IMG/VR virus record: IMGVR_UViG_3300045988_108834 | Coordinates: 1-48,553 of that record | Direction: 5' to 3' (one strand) | DNA from: a virus | DNA length: 48,553 bases | Part shown: positions 25,210 to 30,000 of the stretch, piece after piece | Numbering within the stretch: position 1 is the stretch's first letter | How the letters are laid out: the number at the start of each line of letters is the position of its first letter | Notes under the pieces: model-generated | Database searches by the model: none | What the model was told of the DNA's origin: nothing | Seen by the model: only the letters and a program-made list of their open reading frames with translations | Position numbers and translations under genes: made by a program

Positions 25210-26177
25210 ACCACGCCCTGCGGCTGGTAGCCCGTCGCATGGAGGGAGAGAGGGTCGTATTCTGCAGGGGTGGTTTGAAGGGAGGGGCGCTTGGGGGTCG
25301 CATGCCACATGTGAGAGAAGCGCACACGGGCATCCTCCGCGTAGAACGCCGGAATGTGCGGGGGTAGAGGGCGTTCAGTGTCGACGACGGTGGCCAGCAG
25401 CTGACTCTCCACGAAAACATGGAAGACGTTCCTAGAGGGGGTTAGTCGAGCTTTATTGCCAGCCTCGGAGTTCCGGTTGGCCGGGACGATGTCATTCTGC
25501 ACGTCGGCCGGGGTCGTCCCCAGCGGGTATTCGTGGCATGCGTTTACGATAACAGAGTAGGGATCCAGTCGGAATTCGTTTTCGTCGGCCGGGTTGTGCG
25601 GGGGGAACTTCCTCGGATCGGTGTCGGTGTTCGACTTCAGGAAGCGCTGACCTCCTTTGTAGGAAGGGTCCTGTTTGGAGACCTCCCAGCCGTTGGGCTT
25701 TAGGGTTAAGGCGTAGAAGCGGAAATTGCTGTTGCTCGTCGGGCTAGGGTCATATGGGTGCGTCGGATCCGGGCTGAAGCACCACAGCAGCCAGCCCACC
25801 TCCCACGGATTCGGCTCGCTGGTGGGGTTGTCCGGGGTCGGCGGAGTGTTGTCCTTGTTGCGCAGCTGGGCTGTGGTGACGATATTCGCCGACAGGCTAT
25901 ACACCACCTGTAGGCGGTTATGTTTAGTTGTATCCGGGTCCGTGGAGGGGACGGGCACCCGCTCTATCTTGAGCAGAGGGGAAAGGGCCTCGATGGGGGC
26001 TGCCAAGCTGGCCGCTGTAGCGCCCAGCGGCTGGTCCGGGTTAGGCTTTGGGGGAGGCGGAGGTGTCAGGAGGAGCGTCGAGTCGTAGGGGGGTGTCGGG
26101 TTAGGCGTTATCGTCGCCTCGTTGTAGATCTTCCGTATGCGCACAAGGTGGTGCTGCGGGGGCCGTGGGCTTGTCAT
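25200..26177 (-). CDS. Hypothetical protein, Pro-rich N-terminus with a possible ConA/LamG-like beta-sandwich domain
   Basis: 325-aa ORF. The pattern ..FRFYALTLKPNGWEVSK.. ..VFVESQLLATVVD.. ..AFYAEDARVRF resembles lectin/glucanase-fold domains. The start is uncertain because ATG 26177 overlaps the upstream gene by 77 nt. Confidence 0.45.
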   Translation of the reverse strand: MTSPRPPQHHLVRIRKIYNEATITPNPTPPYDSTLLLTPPPPPKPNPDQPLGATAASLAAPIEALSPLLKIERVPVPSTDPDTTKHNRLQVVYSLSANIVTTAQLRNKDNTPPTPDNPTSEPNPWEVGWLLWCFSPDPTHPYDPSPTSNSNFRFYALTLKPNGWEVSKQDPSYKGGQRFLKSNTDTDPRKFPPHNPADENEFRLDPYSVIVNACHEYPLGTTPADVQNDIVPANRNSEAGNKARLTPSRNVFHVFVESQLLATVVDTERPLPPHIPAFYAEDARVRFSHMWHATPKRPSLQTTPAEYDPLSLHATGYQPQGVVWF

Positions 26178-26487
26178 GCCACGATTTTATCTCGTCGTCG
26201 TGTCGGCGCACAGCACACTGGATGTCATCCAACTGCCCTGTGTGCATGTGCACGAGGTCCGTCAAGACTTTGGTGTTGTTCTCTATGCGGTCTATCGCAT
26301 CCCGTAAGGAACTCCCATGGTTGTTTTCCATGTCTTGTTTGACGCTAAGGACCTTCCTATTGGTCTTCAATGACGTGTAAAGCGTCGCAATAGCGGTTAT
26401 AAGGGCGCCTAAGCCCACTGCTGGCGCCCCTAGAAGGTGGTCGAAGATGAGGATTATGTCGTGCACAGAGAACATTATAGCGATCAT
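26101..26487 (-). CDS. Membrane protein with an N-terminal TM and a coiled-coil (DUF2746-like / holin-accessory candidate)
   Basis: The TM segment is LLGAPAVGLGALITAIATLY, followed by ..SSLRDAIDRIENNTKVL... The start must lie downstream of the terminator at 26600-26635, so the candidates are ATG 26487 or 26475. Confidence 0.5.
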   Translation of the reverse strand: MIAIMFSVHDIILIFDHLLGAPAVGLGALITAIATLYTSLKTNRKVLSVKQDMENNHGSSLRDAIDRIENNTKVLTDLVHMHTGQLDDIQCAVRRHDDEIKSWHDKPTAPAAPPCAHTEDLQRGDDNA

Positions 26488-26524
26488 ACCTCGGTATGAT
26501 TTCCAGCAGTGAAAAATAGCGATT

Positions 26525-26553
26525 AATGTATGCGGTTGGGTCCCCCCATGCAA
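26525..26553 (-). promoter_or_regulatory. Candidate promoter for the lysis cassette
   Basis: On the minus strand: TTGCAT, 17 bp, TACATT, directly downstream of the terminator. Confidence 0.35.
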
Positions 26554-26599
26554 GTCGACCCACCCATCCAAAAATTCCAACTTTTCCCACCAAAAACAC

Positions 26600-26635
26600 A
26601 AGTAGCCCCTAGGACGTTAGTCCTAGGGGCTACTT
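26600..26635. terminator. Strong intrinsic terminator closing the early leftward operon
   Basis: 16-bp perfect stem AAGTAGCCCCTAGGAC / GTCCTAGGGGCTACTT with loop GTTA. The minus strand continues TGTGTTTTTGG. Confidence 0.8.
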
Positions 26636-26660
26636 TTCCTACCACTCCAACTTGTATTAC

Positions 26661-26768
26661 TTACCCTACCGTACCGTAGCTTAGCGCTTCCACCATCACG
26701 CAGACGAACCAACCAGCGTACATCAGTCCAACTATTCCAACCCATATCTTAGTGAGAGTGATTCTCAT
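26661..26768 (-). CDS. Small hydrophobic protein, 35 aa (MRITLTKIWVGIVGLMYAGWFVCVMVEALSYGTVG)
   Basis: ATG 26768 lies 6 nt after GGGAGGCG. It contains one TM helix and is below the ORF-track cut-off. Confidence 0.45.
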   Translation of the reverse strand: MRITLTKIWVGIVGLMYAGWFVCVMVEALSYGTVG

Positions 26769-26832
26769 TAGCGCCTCCCTCCCCGGGCGCCGACTTCGCC
26801 GGCGACTCGACTTCGTTTCACGTGAAACATCA

Positions 26833-27480
26833 CTACAGTCCGACTGCGCGGCGGGCGTTGACCAGCGTCTCCACTTCCCTGGCGCCGTCGGGGCGCTCGA
26901 CCTCGCCGAGGGCCGGCCACAGTCGGTCTCGGACTACGCCGCCGTCTCCGGCCCGAACCACCACACACCCACCTTCGACGGTGAAGGCCCGCCTTGCTGT
27001 GCGCCGCCCCCACGCCACGGCGTCGGCGACGCGGTTGCATTCGAGCACGGTCAGCACCCGAGCCAGCGCCTTCGGAGACGCCACCCGAAGGGCGTCCATG
27101 CAAGCCTCCGCCATCGACGCGTGCGCGTAGAGGCTGCCGCAGTGCTCTAGCACCGCAGTCCGCATCAAGTCCCAGATGCCGTCGGCGTCGACGGGATCCT
27201 CCGGGTCATCGGCGCCGGCGTCTTCCCGCCACAGGTCGGTTCGAGTCTCGGCGTCGGCGCGGTCCCAGACCGTGGCCACGACGTCGTACTGGATATCGTT
27301 CCAGGTCTGTTCGATTTCGAACGCGGCTTCACAGTATTCGTCGTCTTCGTCCTCCCAGTCGGCGTCGAAGAGGAGCTCGATCCCGTCGTTCAGTTCGAGG
27401 CCCCGCTCGGCGAGGACGTCTGCGGCGGCGTCGAGGACGTCTTCATCGGCGACGGCTGTCAGGTAGGGGTGGAGGTGCAT
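26833..27480 (-). CDS. Highly acidic early protein (215 aa)
   Basis: ATG 27480 follows GAGAGAAAGGAAG inside the conserved leader. In the first ~105 aa I count about 35 Asp/Glu against 4 Arg/Lys. Confidence 0.7.
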   Translation of the reverse strand: MHLHPYLTAVADEDVLDAAADVLAERGLELNDGIELLFDADWEDEDDEYCEAAFEIEQTWNDIQYDVVATVWDRADAETRTDLWREDAGADDPEDPVDADGIWDLMRTAVLEHCGSLYAHASMAEACMDALRVASPKALARVLTVLECNRVADAVAWGRRTARRAFTVEGGCVVVRAGDGGVVRDRLWPALGEVERPDGAREVETLVNARRAVGL

Positions 27481-27512
27481 CGGAGTCTTCCTTTCTCTCT
27501 GTTGATCCGATG
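27478..27512 (-). promoter_or_regulatory. Leader hairpin copy 1 (SD in the loop, AUG in the 3' arm)
   Basis: RNA CAUCGGA-[21 nt loop with GAGAGAAAGGAAG]-UCCGAUG. Confidence 0.6.
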
Positions 27513-27517
27513 GTTTA

Positions 27518-27546
27518 AGTCTAGTGGGTCTCGGGCCCGAAGTCAA
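27518..27546 (-). promoter_or_regulatory. Early promoter copy 1
   Basis: On the minus strand: GGGCTTGACT, 17 bp, TAGACT. Confidence 0.65.
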
Positions 27547-27574
27547 GCCCGAAGGCCTGTGGTGTATCGCACAG

Positions 27575-27694
27575 TCAGCACCAGTCGAAGAAGCACTGCA
27601 GCGACGTCGGAAGGTGCTCCACGAGCTCCTCGCAGGTGGACATGAGCCCGTAGAAGGCGTCCCAGGCGGCGGCGGCGAAGTCGAGCCAGGTCAT
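27575..27694 (-). CDS. Micro-protein, 39 aa (MTWLDFAAAAWDAFYGLMSTCEELVEHLPTSLQCFFDWC)
   Basis: ATG lies 2 nt after the upstream stop (TGAGATG). It is the second gene of the copy-2 cassette. Confidence 0.45.
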   Translation of the reverse strand: MTWLDFAAAAWDAFYGLMSTCEELVEHLPTSLQCFFDWC

Positions 27695-27695
27695 C

Positions 27696-27821
27696 TCAGG
27701 CCTCCCATCCGCGGTTCTGACGGCGGCTCCGGCGTCGAGCTCGCTGGCGCTCGCGGTCTGCCCGGAGGCTGGCGACGAAGTCTGGGACGTCGATCTCGGG
27801 GATGAAGGTAGTGGTGTGCAT
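27696..27821 (-). CDS. Micro-protein, 41 aa, Arg-rich C-terminus (..RADRERQRARRRSRRQNRGWEA)
   Basis: ATG 27821 lies inside leader hairpin copy 2, behind GAGAGAAAGGAAAA. Confidence 0.5.
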   Translation of the reverse strand: MHTTTFIPEIDVPDFVASLRADRERQRARRRSRRQNRGWEA

Positions 27822-27852
27822 CAGCTTTTCCTTTCTCTCGTCTTCGCTGATA
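27819..27852 (-). promoter_or_regulatory. Leader hairpin copy 2 (compensatory variant)
   Basis: RNA (U)AUCAGC-[loop with GAGAGAAAGGAAAA]-GCUGAU(G). Three base pairs differ from copies 1, 3 and 4, and all three remain paired. Confidence 0.6.
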
Positions 27853-27857
27853 TCTCT

Positions 27858-27887
27858 AGTCTAGCGGCTACCGGGCGTCTGCGTCAA
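27858..27887 (-). promoter_or_regulatory. Early promoter copy 2
   Basis: On the minus strand: GGGCTTGACG, 18 bp, TAGACT. Confidence 0.65.
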
Positions 27888-28050
27888 GCCCGTAGTGTAT
27901 GACCTGTATCACAGTCAAGCCCAGCACCGTCGGTTCGTCTCGGATGCCCGCGTAGGCGTCCCAGCGCCCGAGGTCTTCGCCGCAGCCCCAGCCGGTCAGG
28001 AGGCCGGCTGCGACGGCGACGGCCGCCCAGAAGCGCCTCACCGGTCCCAC
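27868..28050 (-). CDS. Small protein, 60 aa, one hydrophobic segment
   Basis: GTG start overlaps the end of the 24-aa ORF. A FWAAVAVAAGLLTGWG segment is present. The 3' end runs into promoter copy 2. Confidence 0.4.
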   Translation of the reverse strand: MGPVRRFWAAVAVAAGLLTGWGCGEDLGRWDAYAGIRDEPTVLGLTVIQVIHYGLDADAR

Positions 28051-28112
28051 CCGACTACGTCGTCGCGCACACGGAGCTCGACGACGGCGTTGGCGGTTTT
28101 CCAGGTGTTCAT
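28038..28112 (-). CDS. Micro-ORF, 24 aa (MNTWKTANAVVELRVRDDVVGWDR)
   Basis: ATG 28112 lies inside leader hairpin copy 3, behind GAGAGAAAGGAAC. Confidence 0.4.
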   Translation of the reverse strand: MNTWKTANAVVELRVRDDVVGWDR

Positions 28113-28141
28113 CGGAGTTCCTTTCTCTCTTCGTTCCGATG
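28110..28141 (-). promoter_or_regulatory. Leader hairpin copy 3
   Basis: RNA CAUCGGA-[ACGAAGAGAGAAAGGAAC]-UCCGAUG. Its 37 nt are identical to copy 4. Confidence 0.65.
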
Positions 28142-28146
28142 TATTC

Positions 28147-28176
28147 ATTCTAGCGGTCCTCCGGAGGGGCTGTCAA
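28147..28176 (-). promoter_or_regulatory. Early promoter copy 3 (consensus)
   Basis: On the minus strand: TTGACA, 18 bp, TAGAAT. The -35 hexamer is exactly the loop of a 12-bp inverted repeat (28159-28188). Confidence 0.7.
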
Positions 28177-28197
28177 GCCCCTCCGGAGTGGGCTGCG

Positions 28198-28413
28198 TCA
28201 CACTTCCACGCCCCAGTCGGCGACGGCGCTCCGGAGGGTCGGCCAAGCTTCGGTCTCGCCGCACTCGCGGACCCGGACTGCGCCGTCGGCGTAGACGGTC
28301 AGCGTGCCGTCGGGGGTATCGGCTTGGACTGCGCCGTCGGGCAGGACGAAGGCGAGGCCTCCGAGCTTCTCGGTGAGCGACTTCGCCAGGGCCTGGCTGT
28401 AGGGGTAGGTCAT
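28198..28413 (-). CDS. Small early protein, 71 aa
   Basis: ATG 28413 lies inside leader hairpin copy 4. The product reads MTYPYSQALAKSLTEKLGGLAFVLPDG... Confidence 0.6.
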   Translation of the reverse strand: MTYPYSQALAKSLTEKLGGLAFVLPDGAVQADTPDGTLTVYADGAVRVRECGETEAWPTLRSAVADWGVEV

Positions 28414-28442
28414 CGGAGTTCCTTTCTCTCTTCGTTCCGATG
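28411..28442 (-). promoter_or_regulatory. Leader hairpin copy 4
   Basis: Sequence identical to copy 3. Confidence 0.65.
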
Positions 28443-28447
28443 TATCC

Positions 28448-28476
28448 ATCCTCGCACAGTCGAGCGGCGCTGTCAA
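28448..28476 (-). promoter_or_regulatory. Early promoter copy 4
   Basis: On the minus strand: GGGGCTTGACA, 17 bp, GAGGAT. The -10 element is weaker than in the other copies. Confidence 0.5.
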
Positions 28477-28496
28477 GCCCCGAGCGTGTGTTCTCC

Positions 28497-28745
28497 GTCA
28501 CATTTCCATGGTTGCTCGGGGCGCCTTCGGCGCGGCGGACTCCGGGCCCGGCTGCGCACACGGGAGCTCGGGGCCGACGCCGGAGTCGGAGACCCGCCCG
28601 AGCAAGTGTGCCCCAGATCACAAATTGTATTTTCCATGGTTGCTCGAGAGCCCCTCGAGCGTGATGAAGGTCACATTGTGACATTTCTCACATGGTTGCT
28701 CGAGAGCCCCTCCGGGTGTGAGATTGCTCACATGGATCCTCGAGC
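28497..28745. repeat. Dispersed direct repeats CATGGTTGCTCG(A/G)G with upstream TCACA(T/A)(T/A)T elements
   Basis: CATGGTTGCTCG occurs at 28507, 28635 and 28691, with the variant CATGGATCCTCG at 28731. TCACA half-sites precede each copy. The palindrome GTCACATTGTGAC lies at 28669-28681. Confidence 0.65.
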
Positions 28746-28949
28746 TAGGACCTTAGTCCCGATTTCACGAAAGTGAGACGAAGCTCACATTTTGAGTTTC
28801 GGGATTTTCGCAACACCGACGTTGCGTAATTGCTCGGGGCCGTCTCCGGGGCCGCTGCGCACACCCCCGGCCTTCGGGGCCGCCCCCTCAGGCTTCGAAA
28901 TCGCCGCTCTGAGGGCCTGAGGGGCCCCGCCGGTAGGGTGGCCCTAGGC

Positions 28950-29027
28950 GGGGCGTCTGCGGGCCTCTGAGGGGCGTCTGCGGGCCTCTGAGGGGCGTCT
29001 GCGGGCCTCTGAGGGGCGTCTGCGGGC
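28950..29027. repeat. Tandem repeat, 21-bp unit GGGGCGTCTGCGGGCCTCTGA x about 3.7
   Basis: Three perfect copies at 28950-28970, 28971-28991 and 28992-29012, plus a 15-nt partial copy. Confidence 0.9.
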
Positions 29028-29031
29028 ATGG

Positions 29032-29059
29032 GAAGGCCCCCGCCGGAGCGGGGGCCTTC
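29032..29059 (-). terminator. Intrinsic terminator after the 28-aa ORF
   Basis: 12-bp perfect stem GAAGGCCCCCGC / GCGGGGGCCTTC with loop CGGA, 4 nt after the stop codon. Confidence 0.7.
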
Positions 29060-29063
29060 GGGC

Positions 29064-29150
29064 TCAGCCTTCGAAGTCTTCCAGGATGTCCGCCAGGTCT
29101 GCGGTGTAGTAGCCGCCGAGCTCTTCGAAGAAGTCGATTTCGATGTCCAT
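29064..29150 (-). CDS. Micro-protein, 28 aa, very acidic (MDIEIDFFEELGGYYTADLADILEDFEG)
   Basis: ATG 29150 follows GAGAGAAAGGAAAC. It is the first gene after promoter copy 5 and is followed by a terminator. Confidence 0.5.
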   Translation of the reverse strand: MDIEIDFFEELGGYYTADLADILEDFEG

Positions 29151-29188
29151 TGGGGTTTCCTTTCTCTCTTCCCCCTTGTTGTACCTCC

Positions 29189-29218
29189 ATTCTACCAACC
29201 GCCACCCCCCAGTGTCAA
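29189..29218 (-). promoter_or_regulatory. Early promoter copy 5 (consensus), the outermost leftward promoter
   Basis: On the minus strand: GGGCTTGACA, 18 bp, TAGAAT. Confidence 0.7.
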
Positions 29219-29265
29219 GCCCTGAGGGTGTGTCCTTCGCCACATTTCTGAGAGCCATACGCCAC

Positions 29266-29352
29266 GGTAACCTACCGACCCGTACCTTACGCCATCGTAA
29301 CTTACCAGGCGGTAACTTACACCTACGTAGTGGTAACTTACGGTTACGTAGG
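29266..29352. repeat. Phased 10-mer array (C/G)GTA(A/C)C(C/T)TAC plus an 8-bp inverted repeat
   Basis: Copies start at 29266, 29281, 29296, 29311 (15-bp period) and 29332. CCTACGTA (29322-29329) pairs with TACGTAGG (29345-29352). Confidence 0.7.
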
Positions 29353-29374
29353 TAAAAGTCGACATTAAAAGTTA

Positions 29375-29473
29375 CAAAGAGGACCGTTTTCGAATTTCGG
29401 GGGCAGGTTTCGGCTTCAAAGAGGACCGTTTTCGAATTTCGGGGCTCAAAGAAGACGGTTTTTAGAACGACGG
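29375..29473. repeat. Direct repeats CAAAGAGGACCGTTTTCGAATTTCGGGG (two perfect copies plus one degenerate)
   Basis: Identical 28-mers lie at 29375-29402 and 29417-29444. A degenerate third copy lies at 29447-29473. Confidence 0.85.
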
Positions 29474-29820
29474 TCGAGCGGAACCCCCGCCGTCCAAAGT
29501 GCACACCGCACCGCTCGGCGGCGAACGGCACCCCGTCAGGGTCACGAGATTCGATTCTGAGGCGATTTCAGCCCCCGACCCAAGCGACCCTACCGGGGCG
29601 CCCCTGTAAGGAGCTCAGAGAGCAACCTCGTGCGTCTGAGGGGCATCAGGCGCCCCCGGGACGGCGCACAGCCCAAGGCGCACACCACACCGAGCGGGGG
29701 CGTGTGACGATTTGTCACCAAACGACAAGGTCGTCCCTCCTAAGGGTTTGCAACTCAGAGGTATCAAACGACAAGAAGTCGAGATTCGGCTGCGGCGAAA
29801 TTCGGCGTATATGTAACACA

Positions 29821-30000
29821 CACCACCACTTCTGACAGCAGATTTGTAATTTCAAAGTACCATATATATGGGAATATATAACGTTATTGTAATGTGTAGG
29901 GGTGTACTGTGTTAGGGAGAGGATTTCTGCTGAGAACCGTTCTCAATAAGAAAAGACGTAGATAGTGGAACTATCGTTTCACATAGCTGAACACTGAGAG
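29821..30000. other. AT-rich trough (about 39% GC) in the divergent intergenic hub; candidate DNA-unwinding element / origin
   Basis: By-eye GC is 33%, 45% and 38% in three consecutive 60-nt lines, against about 59% genome-wide. It contains CATATATATG and has no credible ORF. Confidence 0.4.

Noticed and set aside
27913-27918. Extra GGGCTTGACT copy upstream of promoter copy 2, as a sixth promoter
   Set aside because: No acceptable -10 hexamer lies at 16-19 bp (only CTACGG or TACGGG). It is probably a duplicated -35/UP-like element or a remnant.
28145-28684. 179-aa minus-strand ORF, and the 293-aa plus-strand ORF 27895..28776, spanning the promoter cassettes
   Set aside because: They run through three promoter/leader modules and through the short SD-preceded genes. 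Their composition is Arg/Pro-rich, and there is no ribosome-binding site.
28745-29029. 94-aa ORF encoding (PADAPQR)4 across the 21-bp tandem repeat
   Set aside because: It has no SD, and its ATG abuts the terminator stem at 29032-29059. The remainder is Arg/Pro-rich low-complexity sequence. I treat it as non-coding repeat DNA, though this is not fully excluded.
28497-29473. Possible CRISPR array
   Set aside because: The repeats are either strictly tandem without spacers (the 21-mer) or short, irregular and heterogeneous. No repeat-spacer periodicity of about 60-70 bp is present, and there are no cas genes. The Cas4-like nuclease sits in the replication module.
29064-29531. 155-aa ORF-track call extending upstream of the 28-aa gene
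   Set aside because: The upstream part crosses promoter copy 5 and the repeat arrays. Only the last 28 codons follow an SD.
29560-29600. tRNA-like string GAGATTCGATTCTGAGG (T-loop-like TTCGATT)
   Set aside because: The flanking bases cannot form a T-stem, acceptor stem or anticodon arm. I could not fold any cloverleaf anywhere in the hub.
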